A stretch of 64,000 bases of DNA from Oculina patagonica. Taxonomy: Eukaryota. Below the pieces are notes generated by a model. The model was given only the letters and a program-made list of their open reading frames with translations, had not been told where the DNA came from and did no database searches. The stretch spans positions 9,114,001-9,178,000 of the forward strand of contig NC_135758.1 in the NCBI RefSeq assembly GCF_052425735.1, written 5' to 3'. Position numbers and translations under genes: made by a program. Every line of letters starts with the position of its first letter. The first letter of the stretch is position 1. Positions 35,923-49,924 of this stretch are shown in pieces.

Positions 35923-37178
35923 GTGTACTTAGTAAAACTGTTTACTTTCGTTCTCGTACAAGAATCGCCTCTTCTGTCGTCTTTGGTCGCTGAACTGCGA
36001 CCAAAATTGACCGTTGCTTGTAGTCAAATAGCAAATGTTCTGAGTTGTATAGCTCAGCGGCCATTGTGCCACTTAATCATGGCTTGTGATCAAATAACAA
36101 ACTTTCCGAGTTATGTAGTTCGGCGGCTGTTGAGCCACTTGATCATTACTTGTGATCAGAACACGGCGTTATCGAGTGATAAGGCTCGCATTTGCGTTAA
36201 ACATTTGCACGGTGTAGACGACATCAGAGCAGATGAAGCGATCGAATACAACCGAACCATTGTTCAGTCAGATGAAGCGATCGAATACAACCGAACCATT
36301 GTTCAGTCGAGTAAATGCGGCACCAGAAGCATTCTTTTGTATAACGTGACCAAATCACGTCGTGCACAGAGTTCTGTCCAGACTTCGATAAATGATACCC
36401 ACAATAATTATGATAGTAAGCTTATAAAGAGATATGAAAGAGATGTCCGTGTTGTAGCTGGAAAGAATGGCGATAGGAGTTGTTCTGTTGCTATGATCTC
36501 TACAAATGCTGAGAAATCTCAGGCTGTGAAAAAAAGCAAAAAGCAACAGGAAACGAGGCAGAAAACCATCTCGAATTTCTGTTCGTAGAGTTACTAAATT
36601 GCTTAGAAGAAAGAAATACAGAAGTAGACTTAAAAAACTACTGAAACATAATTTCCCAAGCTCCTCACTTATTAGAAATTTTTGTAGCAATTACAAGAAA
36701 TGGTTTATTTTGTGTAACTCTGAACATTTTTACAGTAAATATGTTTTTTTTCATAAACAAACAGAAAGAGAAAAAAAGATACAAGTATTGCAATGGTAAA
36801 CAGAAAGAGTTATCAATTGACATGCTTCAAACAAAGTCTGACTTCAGTCACAATAGCGCTTTTGGTCATATTTTCCAAAGTTCAAATTTAAATGACAGTT
36901 GTAATTTGCCTTGGGTATCTCTTAATGAGAGACTTTCATTAATAAGTTTAATGCCTTATGATGTTGGTGGGAGTGAAGACTGTTTTTTTAGGTCAGTTTC
37001 ACACCAACTGTATGGAACTGCAGAGTTGCATTTTCAAATTCGTGCTGCTGGTATTAGGCACTTGAATAATCATCCAGAATTTTATGTTGAGAGCGTTTCT
37101 GACAATAGTTGGCAAGACTACATTCAGCAAATGTCAACACCTGGAACTTGGTGTGACAATGTAATTATCCAGGCAGTA
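35923..37178 (+). pseudogene. Fragmented 5' part of a second, divergent Helentron: basic region plus truncated OTU domain
   Basis: DVGGSEDCFFRSVSHQLYG...HFQIR...HPEFYVES...SWQDYIQQMSTPGTWCDNVIIQAV aligns with the OTU at 4240-4470. His box and Rep-helicase are absent; upstream frames are broken. Confidence 0.75.
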
Positions 37179-39700
37179 AGTATTAAATTAGTTGAAAGCA
37201 AATTCTGCAATATTAATTCATACTTCAATATATTGCTGTTTCAAGTTAAAAGTGCTTTCTATGGAATTCACATGTTGCTGTTTCAAATATAAAATAATGT
37301 TGTCTGTAACCTTAAAGGAACAGTGCCACAGCTGAGTTTAAGTTTGAACTTTGAACTGTGTCGTTACTTTCATACTTGTGTGTTACAAATAACACACATT
37401 CAAAGACAAGCAATTGTCATTCATTCTTGGAATTAATAAAGTTATTGTTCACAGTTTATTCGCCATCAATGATGTTAAATTATTCTTACAAACACTTCAC
37501 CTTCCTCTTTTGTCCCATCACCAACACATTGTACAAGAAAAAGGGGAAATCTCAGTCAACACCAAAAACTACCCCTCCTTTCAAGCCTTACTCGAACGCA
37601 TTCCCCTAATCGCTGATTACTACTAGTCCTAACTAAATTTGTAGCCGTACTTGAAATTGTTTAGTTTATCATATAAATGTCACAATAACTGTAAAATTCA
37701 AATTGCTCCAGGCACTTTGATTTCAAAAGTGAAAATACGCAATTTACCGATACAGAGTTTTACTAAATAATATCTACTTTTTTTCCTGTTTAACCGTCTC
37801 TCTTTGACATATCTGAACTCATGATCGCACGTCATCCCCGTTTTTTTTTTCTTTCTAGAGAGGTATCTATGGCACGTTTACACTGATTTGTTGTTTTAAA
37901 TTTTGAATCGTGTACTTACATCAGTTAACAACCATATTTGCATTTATTACTCGAAAGAGTCGCGTGTAGTTAATATGCTTTTCTCAGTACTTTTATTCCG
38001 TATTTCTCGTTTGCAAAGCTATGCAAAGCTATACAATATACATGAAAGTAGCTGCCTTCGCTAACTATGCGGTCATCCTCAACAATTTCACCAGCACTTC
38101 AAATTTTCATTATAAAAATATCACAACTACGGTGAATTTTAGCATAATTTTCAATGCTTCAGGCACTTTTGACTACGTAGCAACAAAACATGTTGTTATA
38201 TCTCAGATTCGAAAACGTGTATATAGTAAATCTTAAACTGGCGATGTTTTTTTCCTTCAGCCAATGCGTTTATTCAAATTTCCAATTTTCAAAAAAACAC
38301 CTCTGAACTTCTCTAAGTAAGTATTTTAAAATAAAGCAGAAGGAGACCGAAACGTGGCATACTGGCTGCATGACGCGATTGTTTTCAGTAACAAGAAAAG
38401 TCTCGTAGAATATTAATTCACCAACGGTTTATCATTTGCGCTGTGCACCGGAACAGGGTGTTAGGAGGGAGGGCGTCGAAACGAGCGGGTTCGAGCGGAA
38501 AAGCCTCGATGCAGAAGCCTGGGTACCAGTTATAAATGTTTAAGGGTTTTCCCTTTCCCTAACCAATGTGGCGGACGCCGATTGTCGATATAAAAATTAC
38601 GTGCCCATAGACGTAACAGACGATTTTCAAGAAAAATCATTAACAGAAGCATCCGAGGAAAAGGAGGGTGAAGATGTGAGGTTTGAAGATGTGGAGGAGG
38701 AAGAATTTGTCTTCTTAAAACGAGTTGTCGCGAATAGCGGACAGCGACTGTAATATTGAGAGTGCAATCATTGCGGGAAAAATTTTATCCTCTTTGAACG
38801 GTCAACAAGCAAAGTAATGCCGTTTCTATCTACCTATGAAAAACATGCATTTCACTGGTTTACACAGGTTGCAAATTTTGCAAACCTGTGAACAGGGCGC
38901 TTTTAACAAGTTCCTGTGAAAATTTGTAACCTATTTACTCGATCATGCTAAAGTTCAGGCATGTCAACTCGGAAGTTTACATTCTTTTTATTACAATCGA
39001 TCACTTTAGGATTTCTTATGCACAATTTTGATATATATTTATATTTCAAAATCGCGAAATCCTTCGATGTTGTTGACAAGCTTTATGTTAACGTCCATAT
39101 CATAATGAGATCTTTCGATCGCCGTTGTGAAGCTGTCACTGCAGTGAACTAAAAAACGTAAATGATCACAAAAGATCATTCTACAAATTTGCATACACAA
39201 CTAAAACGAATAAAGGTGTTTTTCAATAGGTATTTCAGACGTTTATTATCATTTTCTTTTGACTGGTATGCTAAGATACGACATTCGCACCGGATTGCTC
39301 GACTGCCTGTTTTCGACACTACATTTATATTACAAGAGAAAAAACACAGACACGAAGAAGATAATATAAACTATGGGCTAGATATTGTTTGTGTATCCTT
39401 ACAACAGTACCAGATATAGAATTTGGTTATGCATTACATTGATTTCGTGATATAGAGCTATAAATATGAACTTGCCTTCAGCTGTCAGCCACCATTTTCC
39501 TTAGCCAAACAGCGAGCTAAGAGCGGAATAGCGGACTAGTACCAGTCCATTTCCGCATCAAGGCTGTAGCAGAGTGCTTTTATGCCCGTTTCACCGCGCT
39601 ATGACGCCCTGCAACGGAAAGTCAAGGTTGGCACGCGTGTTTCGTTTCAGAATTAAACTTCTTATATTCAGTCACACGGGATCTGCTCATTTTCCTCACC

Positions 39701-42700
39701 ATGAAGCCAGCAATTTTTGTTCTTGGCGTTCTATTTTGTCTGTTTGTCCCTTCCCACGGTGCTTCCAGTGATGACAAAAATGTTTCCACTTCTACCAAGG
39801 TAATGTTAATTTGTGATCATTGTTAAATCGGCGCGTGGGAAGTTTTATATAATCGATTTGTTGGGTTTTAAAGTTGTCCATAATATAAATTGGTTTCTCT
39901 ACAGTTTTTTGTCTAAAAAGAAATCCTGACAGCGTCTGAATTTTCGTTTTATTAAGTTTAAAGAAATTTGTTAAGCTACGCTGTACTTTTAAAACTAAGG
40001 ATTAGATTCAAGTAATATATCAAACACGAGAGGCAGTGTTTTATCGGGATATCCAAACACCGAGAAGAGAGTTGAAAATACGACGCGCAGCGGAGTATTT
40101 TTGACGAAGTTCGAGGTGTTTGGATAGCCAATGAAACACTGTCTCGAGTGTTTGATATATCTTCTCAATCGAAACAAAACGTCGAAGTTCTCGAACACGT
40201 GTCACTAACGTCAAGATGTTTCCTTTGAAATTTTTGGGATGGTCACTAAATTTAGTGAGTAACACATCTTCAAAGTTGGAGCAAGTGACCGGACAATTAT
40301 TGTTGTCGATCTTGATTTTCTCAGTTCTTGTCGAAAGAGGGTTTAAAGGGATGGTAATAAACTAAATGTAACTTTCGTGATCTGAGAACAAAAAATGTGT
40401 CAAGAAGATTGATGATATCTATGTTCAAATAACTAGAACTGCAATTATTATTCACAACCTAAAGTAAACTGTTCGCTCAAAAGCAAAACTGCTTGTCAGC
40501 TGAAATAACTTCTTTGGGTGCAATCAAGGAGATCATTAATTATTTGTCACACGCAATTCGAAGATACGAACTTAAATTCTATATTTATTATAGGAAACAG
40601 CATGCAAGTGCGTTCGAACATTAAGATATTATTATTCGGTTTTCGTTTTCCTTTTTCAAAAGGTGATAACTGTAAACCAAGATATCGTTTTTGTGGACTT
40701 GATCTAAAATTCGATAGAAAGAGAGTTGAAAGTTAGGGAAATATCGGTAATTTAACATTCGTGAGTAAAAAAGCAAAGGACTTAGGAACTTTGAAGAAAA
40801 TGATGGTAAGCTTAGTTTAACTTTAATATTTTTACCGTGTTTTCCTCGAGAACTGCAAGTTTTCCACGCCTAAGGAAAACTATTCAGTGAAAAGAAAATT
40901 TCATGTTTGGGGAACTAGGCGACTGAAACAACTTCTTTGAGTTCAGTCACGATATCAGAAACTATTTAATACACGTAGCAGTGAAGATACGACCTTGAAT
41001 TCCATAATAACTATTAGAAAAGAACCTTTAGGTAGTCCGAGCATTAAGATAATTTCTACAGTCTTCATTTGACGGTTTATTATCAGTCTTCAGTTTTTCA
41101 TCACGAAAATCTCAACGTTAGTAATTGTATTCCAATATTAAAAGGGCGTGTAATATTTAAATATTACAGGAGTGCGACGAATGCTTACGCAGCCGGTGTT
41201 CAGCTAATTGGTGTTTGTTTAACTTAATTGGTATTAGGTTGGTGTCCTAAGGATAATTTTCTTGTTCGACTCTTGCGAGCTATACAACGCTTTCTTTTGG
41301 TAACATTTTTTAAAACTAAAGGGAATATTAACGATAAGTATTTTTCAAGATGTGTCCTTATAAGCTATGTACTTTAGTAAAACCATCCAGTTAACAAATA
41401 AACTGTCTAGTTATACCTACATCAGACAGTTCTGTAAACATCCATCTGACTTTCTCTTAATGTTTTTATACATAGAAAGACAACTACTAGTTGTAATTTG
41501 ACAGGTTATTCGAATAACAAAGCTTTCTTCTATTTTCCAAAAGCGCAGCAAGCAAACTCTGAATTCTATCTTCTCTTTGACTCTATGTTTAACGGTCACA
41601 GAACGTCGACAAACTAAAAACATCGACGAGCTTTTGCGTACTTGGGTACAAATTAAAGAGCCAAACTTGTGCAGAAAATCCAGCGCTGTCTCTCTGTTGC
41701 TGTGGTTCTTGGTTGCTCCTCTCATTTATCAAATTAAAGGAAATAATAACACTGTTTCATCGTTAAAGGGAAGGTTTGATATATCGGTAAACAGCAAAAA
41801 ACTGGCTTCCGTCCCTGTTTGCTTAATCCACCTTTATGGAAATAACTGTGATTGTACGTACGCTCTGATTGGTCAAAAGCCTATGTTCTAATGAACTGTT
41901 AAACCCCCCTCCTTGCCCGCTACCCGATTTGGCAGCACTATGTTCGACTGCGCAAAAGGACGATCGTAGAACTGAATGTCAAAAACAAAAATGATTTTTT
42001 TGCCCACCGCAGTTGAAGCAAAAGGAACTTGAAGCTAACTTGAGGTAAAACTATTGCAGATACGCATTATTTGTCTTGCGTCAATTCCTTTTTCAGGTTG
42101 CATTTTCGTTCATATCATCGGGCGTGACACGCGAAAATCTGTGCAGCGGTCAAAGATATTTCATAAGGAGGCGACTTGTCGGAATGGAGTCTCGCCCTCG
42201 TCAGATCAACATTCACAAGAGCTGATTTCCTTCCCGATTTGGTGTGGTTGACAAACCGGCCGACAAATCATAGCCTATAAATTAGCTTTACCTTGGTCTT
42301 ATTTCTTTGCAGTTAAGTACAATTCTGCCGATCGCGAATACCGTGCAATTTCTGTTATTTTCTTCATATTTTTTTGTAATGTAGCGTTGACTGCTGTGGG
42401 AATTGTCATAATTTAAGAAGTTACTTCAGTTGTGTGCCTAATTTATTATTTACCGTTTTTCATTATTCCTTTTTCTATGACAACGTTATTGCTATATAAG
42501 GTGTAGTCGTCAGACGTGCTATTAAAAAAAGTGCTTCCACCACCGTTACTTTAAGATAAAATTTTGATGATTAAAACAAGCGAAAAGAAAACGCTGCAAA
42601 GTTAAGCACTGGTACACATTCTAGGTTTTTTTTTTCTAGATCCCTCAATGGCGTCTGTCTATATTACTATTTTTTTTCATTGCCTGTTGGTATTATTTGC

Positions 42701-43511
42701 TAACCCTCTTTTTAAACCTTTCCACAGATTCCTAACTCGTGTCTGCAAGGACCGCCCGGCCTTCCTGGCCGCAATGGTATTAATGGACGTAACGGTGTGA
42801 ATGGACAAAGCGGGTTACCAGGCCGTGACGGTCGAGATGGTGCAAACGGTGAGATGGGCGTGACAGGCAGTCCTGGTCATCGTGGTGTTAAAGGAGACGC
42901 AGGACAAAATGGTACAGACGCTGACCACAGAAACTGGAAACAGTGTGCGTGGAGGAGTGACGACAGTCGTGACATTGGTCTTATAAAGGTAAGGTTAAAT
43001 TTAAAGGAAAGTATGTCATTCCCGATTTGATCTTCACTCAAATTATTTTTCTTTGTAAATATATTGCACATATTTGACATTCGCAATCAATTCGAAAGCT
43101 GAGATTTGTAAGCATTTTTGCCTATGTAACAACAAATTTAATAGAGGTGATTATTTTCGGTAGGATTGCATTTTCGACAAGACGAAAGATGACACTTTTC
43201 TCCGTGTGGTTTACCAAGGTGACATCTACTTGGGTAACTGTGGTAGCTGCTGTAAGCGATGGTTCATTACCTTTAATGGCGCCGAGTGCAGCGGTCCACT
43301 GCCTATCGAGGTCGTTGTATGGATCAGAAATGCAGACAAGGACAACCACAGACCAGCAGCAATAGAAGGCTACTGTGACAACATTCACAAGGGCAAAATC
43401 CGCGTTGGTATCAACATTGGAAACTGTCCTGGATATGGAAACTCCGACGGTCATACAGGCTGGAAGTCAGTGTCCCGCTTGATGATCGAAGAAGTTCCAC
43501 GGTCCCAGTAA
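39701..43511 (+). CDS. CTHRC1: CTHRC1-like gene B: exons 39701-39799, 42728-42988, 43164-43511 (~235 aa)
   Basis: Exon 1 [33 protein letters not shown] (CACCATG start, AAG|GTAAT). Exon 2 has 19 Gly-X-Y triplets plus RNWKQCAW. Exon 3 is an intact CTHRC1 C-terminal domain. All introns phase 0. Exon 1 linkage is inferred. Confidence 0.88.
40015..40160. repeat. Short fold-back repeat in gene B intron 1
   Basis: ATATATCAAACACGAGAGGCAGTGTTT...TATCCAAACAC / GTGTTTGGATA...AAACACTGTCTCGAGTGTTTGATATAT. Confidence 0.7.
41668..41769 (+). pseudogene. Inactivated MLRKSS-type first exon in gene B intron 1
   Basis: [TTG][36 protein letters not shown] at the ATG position; donor reads GGAAG instead of GTAAG. 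Confidence 0.7.
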
Positions 43512-46179
43512 CCAGTTGGTTATTCATAAGAATAACGCTGACGTCAACAGTGTATTAGAGACTGATTAAAGGTGTAAAATTGTATACGGAATGCTTCGCG
43601 CACTTTATAAACTGGTGAAAGGTTTTTAATATTTCGTAACCAGAAACGTAATTGTAATGAATTTTCCCTAAAAAAACTATTATGCCTTGCTCTTGATGTT
43701 GGATTGTCCGATTGATGTCTGATTTTGCGAGTGCTTTTCTGGAACGGGAGGTGATCAATAAATGAATGCTGATCTCAAGAAGAAGATTCAGATTTGTTTC
43801 CTGTTAAGAAAATGTGATACAGCTACGTACCACTTTGACAAATATGAAATATGAGTAATTGGCTTCATAACTTTCCTAATAAAAGCACGAAGAACCTCAC
43901 ACGCTAATTGGCTAAATAAACGACGCACTTGACAGAGACTTTTGTCTGCGTCTCTGTATGTAATCATTAATTCGCTGCGTTTTGAGAGACTATTCACCAT
44001 GGAAACATAAGAAGCATCAAGCAATGTTTCTGATTTTTATGTTTTTTAAAAATCAACACACACAAAACTGTTAGAAAAGTCTTGCCTTGTAAACGTCAAA
44101 GTTGTCGAACACATATGCATGTCACTAACGTAAAAATGTTCCCAATTAAATTTTTGGCGTGGCCCCTTTATCTCGTGGTTATAGCTGATATCTTTTTTTA
44201 AAAAAAGAAAACGCGTCTTCAAAGTAACAGCAGGTTAACGGACACTTATTGTTGGTCTGATCTCAGTTCCTTTTGAAATCTAGAAAAACACGAAATTTAA
44301 CTTTCGTGACTCGATAACAACAAAACATCGGAGGTGTTAAGAAAACAGAGAAAATCTATGTTCAAACAAGTTAGCAAACCTCAGAAAAAATATTTTCATA
44401 CAAAGTTGTTATATAGAACTTCAAGTTGTTTTACAACCTAAAGTCAACTGTTCGCTCAAAAGCAAAACTTACTTGTCCGGAGAACTGAGCAGTTGAAATA
44501 ACTTCTTCGAGTGCAATCAAAGATACCATAAATTATTTGATGCACTTGCCATGAATTTACGAGCTTAAATTCTATATTTAATAAAGAAAAAAAATAACAG
44601 CCATATAAAGACGATCGCACGTTAAAATGTTATTATTCGAATTTTATTTTACATAACAACAAAGGTGGTAACTGTAACTGAAAATATTCAAATGAGCAGA
44701 TAATTAGATGTTGATCTCATCTAAGTTCCCATAGAAAGAGAGTTGAGAGTTTGGAAATATCGTTATTTCACTTCCCTGAATAAAAAACAAAGGACTAAGG
44801 AAGTGTGAAGAAACTGATAGAAAGCTAGGTTTAAATTGCCTGTTTGACAACTAGGCAGCTAAAACGACTTCTTTGAGTTTTGTCACGAAATCACTAGTTG
44901 TTTAAGTGAGCGTCCGTGTAAGAACCGACCACTCGATTTTCGGCCCAGAACAGAATTCCTTCAAATTTTCTGTGCAAGACAATTGATCCATATGATAAAC
45001 AAAAATAGCAATATTTTGGCTTGTAGTGTTATTTGTCAATATTTTTGGCGATGATTGCTGAGAACGGTCAAAAACCGAAAAAATCATCCTGTTTCGAGTC
45101 AAATTTAGGCGTCGCGCTCAACGCGCTGAAAAATTACTCTTTAACTCAAATGAAATGAAACTTGTATATCATTTTATTTTATGTCTTGTCGATTAGTTCA
45201 TGTTAAAATATTTGAAATCGGACTTAACAAAAATTAATTATGATTTTTTTTAAACACCCCATAAAGAGCCATCGCAAAAATCACGCAAACATACTGTTGG
45301 TTAGAGAGGTTTTTCTCAAAAGTTTAACGTGATCTAGAGCCCTGGACACTATCCACGATTAGTACTAGGGTTGGTGTACTAGAAACAAGAAAAAAAGTTT
45401 TGGGCACTAAGCTTTTCGAATTTTAGGAGTTCTATCAACAAAGCCTATTTTTAACGGTCGTAACGCGCGTCACGCAATTTCTTACTATTGTGTTTTCTAT
45501 CTTTCCCACATAAAACAGTTGTCCGAGGGAGCAAATATTTTTGAAACTAGCTTTCTGCTCGGAAAAAGACATGGACAATCCTAAATTTATCAAATATCGC
45601 CCCAAAAATAAGAATTAAGAAGGTTAAATCATGAGCGGCTCCGGTATGAGTTGTCTTTAGTTCCGTCTTTAACTGTGCAAAAAGCTTCGAAAAGCGGTTT
45701 CCGTGATTCGGTAATCATAAATAGGGAAAGAACTACGAAAGAAACCCTTAATAATTTAACATATTAAACACATTTAACAGCTAGAAATTATTATCATTGT
45801 ATTATTTAAGTGTACGCCCAGAGAAAATGCAACACAAATGAAAATAGGCCAAAGCGAATTTCTCAGAAAATGTCTGTTTCAGTCGGCTTTGATGCACGCG
45901 GGAATGTCAATGAAAGTTATTCTTAGTAGGTTAATTTCAATCCGTGTGACAAATGCTTGCTGCTAAAACTATTTCTTGTTTTACTTTATATCATTTGTTT
46001 TTCAATTTTGTGAATAGGCTACAAACTTTGCCTTTAATATTTATTTTCTTCACTTTTTTTTTGCACTGCCCTTGTGCTAAATTTAACTTATGCAAATTTG
46101 TGACAATTGATGTCGTGCGTGCTTACATTACGGCAGGAATAGTTTTGCTCTTTGCGTTTCGTGTTGTTTCGTTCTGTGA

Positions 46180-48980
46180 AATGGCAGGATTTTGTTCCTT
46201 CTCGGCAATTTTAGGTGGTAAGTGCGAAAGTAGTCGTGGACATACAGATTGTATAGCCCTAAATGATTATGACGGCGATATCAGTTTGCATCTAGCAAAT
46301 CACCACCTGTCAAGAGAAAATTCATGTGAAAGGGATCTAATACTGGCAAGAGCAGGTCTTTTAGAACTCACTGAAGAAAAGATTAAGAATATGATGGTTT
46401 GTCCAGCCCATCGTTTTACCTTAGAAAAGTACTGGCAAGCTCCGAAGACCTGCCAGTATCCAAGACATCATGGAAAGAAATCGGCGGAAACAGGGACTCA
46501 TGTTGTAAATTTCAAGCTGGCCAGAGAAATTAAAAACCTCTTTGGAGAAGCTGCACCCGTTGGTTCCCGTAAGTTTTATCGTTAAAGATTGTTCTTAATC
46601 GCTAAAAATTGTTTACATTGTTAAGCCCTAGGCTGAAACAGATTCGGCACTTCCGTAAATATGAAATGCTAGGTCATTACTATTGTTGCATGGTGACAAC
46701 TGTTCTCTGGACGCGTTCTGTTAGCTTACCTGAGACCGGCTCAAACACAGGATAAAATGTTATTATAAAGTAATTTGAATGCGACTTAAATAATTTATTC
46801 TTAGTGACATAGCTGCAACACCTGATGTTTTTAACCGTGACTAAATAAATTACTCTTTACACAGGGGTCAGGGTTGGTTGAAGGCGATTGTTGGGGGGGG
46901 GGGGGATTACTATACGTGGAGGTTCTGCCCATTTGTATGGTTTAGGTATATTAATGGGCAGAATTTTGCAAGTTTAAGTATATAAAAAGGTAAAGCATGT
47001 ATACGAGCCTAGGGGCCCATCACGTTTCCGTAGCTTAAAGCGACTAGGAGTATTCCCATCGCAGGGTTCGCCCCCAGTCTTGCCCAAAGAACACGACATA
47101 TTGAACCCAGCCAGGACTCGAACCCGACCACTGCAGGAATTTTGCACTTGGTGATCCGGTAGAACCCGAATTTCAAAAGTCCTGTTCACATCAGCACTTA
47201 TCCACTTGCGATGACTGCCAAGGGCTAAAGAAAGTACTTCAGGAACTACGACTTGAGATCGAAGGTCCATCCTGGACGCCAGTTAATTCAGAACAACGAG
47301 AAGATTTACTGTACGACTTTGACCGCGCAAAGTCAGATATCTTTCTATGGAAAGCGCACATTGTCCGCTCAATAAACCAGGAAGAGGCGAAGCAAGATTT
47401 ACTGAAAACAGCCGACGCGACGTCCGCCATTGTTATAATGGACTGGGTCATGAAATTTCTTCAACTGAAATATCGTGAGAAGCAGTCCGAATGGTTCGGA
47501 AAACGAGGGCTCAGCTGGCATATATCCACCGTCATAACCAAGAATGTCAGCACTGGTAATCATATGCTCACATCCTTGATTCCTGCCAGCAGAATTGGTA
47601 TGCAGTCTGTTCGATCATCGAGAACACACTGGAGGCCTTAAAGAAGGAACATCCTCACATAACTCAGGTGAACTTTAGAAGTGACGAAGCAGGCTGTTAC
47701 TACAACAACTTTCTCGTGGCGGCCGTAAGAGATGCTGGGAACCGAGTTGGTATCACTGTCACACGGTACGACTTTTCCGAGCCACAATACGGGAAAGATG
47801 TCTGTGATAGGATCCTTTGCCCGATGAAGTCAGCTATCCGACGCTATTGAAACGAGGGACACGATGTTCTTTCTGCAAAGGACATGCGTACAGCGCTTTC
47901 CGAACGTCCTGTCCGAGGCACAACTGCCAGTGTTTGCTCTGTGAATGAGTCTCAAAAGACACTTGAAGTAAAAATGACAGATCATTTCAGCAGGTATCAT
48001 AACTTTCAATTTGAATCAAATGGCATTAGGATCTGGAGAGCTTATAACGTAGGGCAAGGGAGGCTCATTCCCTACCAAGACATCATCGTCAAGCCTCACA
48101 TGAGATCAGGGTCCTACAGATCTTGTTATAGATGTCGACTTTTTTCCAGTCAAGGAAGCACAAATCCATAACGCCACATCAACTGATGGTGAGGAAACCA
48201 GCGGTCTTTTCTCTTGCCCTGAGCCTGGGTGTCAAATGGTCTTCAAAAAAGTTAGTGAGCTTGAGAATCATCTTGATGTTGGCGAGCACCGCCAAATGCG
48301 CGGAGGGTCCGAAACGGTGTATGACAAACTCAGAAGAGACTGGGCCGAGAAATTCCTTAATGTTGACAACAACGAGGGAAGTAGCAGTGCACCGGTAGCA
48401 CATTGCGATGAGCGAGGAGACGAATTTGAATATCAAGCTCCTAGTTTTTGCAGTGACTTACAGCTTGGCTGGGCTCTACATAAGGCGCGAAATCAAGGTG
48501 TGCGATTTCCTGATGATGTTAAACAATACCTAACGAGGAAATTCGACCTTGGAGAGAGAACCGGCAACAAGGCAGATCCCGGAAAAGTGGCTGCAGACAT
48601 GAGAACAGCAAGAAGACCAGATGGTTTGCGGATATTTGACAGGTAAGACTGGCTCACGAAAAGTCAAGTACAGGGTTTTTTTTTTCGAGACTAGCGGCCA
48701 CACGAAGAAAGCAGGGGAACCAAGAGTTACAGATGGAGGATGTGTACGCAGAGGAGGAAGAGGAAGAAAGGCGTGAAGTGCTAGAGAGCGTCGCCGCTGA
48801 ACTTAGTCCCAGGCATCCAATCTGCTATGATTCTTACTGCCTGTGTGACCTGGCACGAGACGAGAGTCTTGACAGTTTCAGTGTAGTTATGCTTAAGGAG
48901 ATATTAAGATATTTTGAGATTCCCTTTGGTTCACGAGATCGGAAAAAAATCTAGTAGTGAACTTGTCCTCATTCTTGGAA
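46180..48980 (+). pseudogene. Sola3-type DDE transposase, fragmented
   Basis: N-terminal Cys/His exon (VCPAHR..CQYPRH). MDWVMKFL..KYRE.QSEWFGKRGLSWH, RSDEAGCY, YDFSEPQYGKDVCDR, a C2H2-like segment, LGWAL, GERTGNKADP. Multiple stops, frameshifts and deletions. Confidence 0.8.
47010..47132 (-). repeat. tRNA-SINE remnant inside the Sola3 element
   Basis: Minus strand gives GGGTTCGAGTCCTGGCTGGG...GTGTTCTTTGGGCAAGAC, a B-box plus SINE-like body. Confidence 0.45.
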
Positions 48981-49496
48981 GAATGTGACTGTCGCCAATA
49001 GGAAAAAACGTTCAAATGCTATCTATTCAATTCGCGGATGTGTTTGGCTGTTGTTCAAACGTTTAATAATAGTTTTCTGTGAACCGAGAAAATAAAAATA
49101 GTTTAAAGCCCTGTATTACTGTTAATGTAGGAAAGGATTAAAGTCGTTCTTTTTTGTTGCTGAGTTAAATTAGTTATACTATCCACTTTAGAGACCGGTC
49201 ATTATTTATCAGGGGTGGAGGGCCCACGAAATTGTGGAAAAAGTGGGCTAACAAATTATGACCCTCCCCAACACTGGAACCAAAAATTGTGACCCTCCCC
49301 AAATTGGAGTCTATTAAGGGTGCCCGCGGGTATTTCCAGGAGCGGAGGTGCTATTTTAAAAATCGAATTTTGGGCATGGAAAGTTAAACGATTTTTCTTA
49401 TTTTTCGGTAGTCGTAATGACAAACTAGAACTATAAAATAAACGAAATAAATGAACAGGAAATATCAGCATATTTAAATTACTCTATTTTTTATTA

Positions 49497-49924
49497 TTAC
49501 GGCCACCTTGTTAGAAACCCCGTTTTTACTCCCATACAAACTCTGTATTTTTACATTCTCGTAAGCGGACATCCCCGTAAGCGGCCGCGGACACTTTCCG
49601 AGATTACGACTTAGACTTTTTCTTTGTTTTTAAGCTCCCGTAAGCGGACACCGCAAAGAGAATCATATAAAAAAACCTCTGTATCTTGTATTAATCAATC
49701 AACTTCACATCGCCGTTCGTCACAATGATTTTACTGTAATTATATTTGTTTTGTCGTCATTCACGTCCGGTTACATTTTGAAACACAAGCTCCCGTAAGC
49801 AACCATCTATCCCCTTACACCTCTAGTGGCCGCTTACAAGAACCATTCTCGTAAGCGGCCAGCACCAGTTGCAGACACTTTTTTCGCGTCCCGAGGGTGT
49901 CCGCTTTTGAGAGCTTCGACTGTA
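49497..49924. mobile_element. MITE fragment nested in the Sola3 element
   Basis: Reiterated CGTAAGCGG motifs, ending GAGCTTCGACTG-TA. Confidence 0.5.

Noticed and set aside
44902-45102. Duplicated 66-aa gene (also 51267-51467)
   Set aside because: The identical ORFs are simply the two TIR arms of the Sola3 element.
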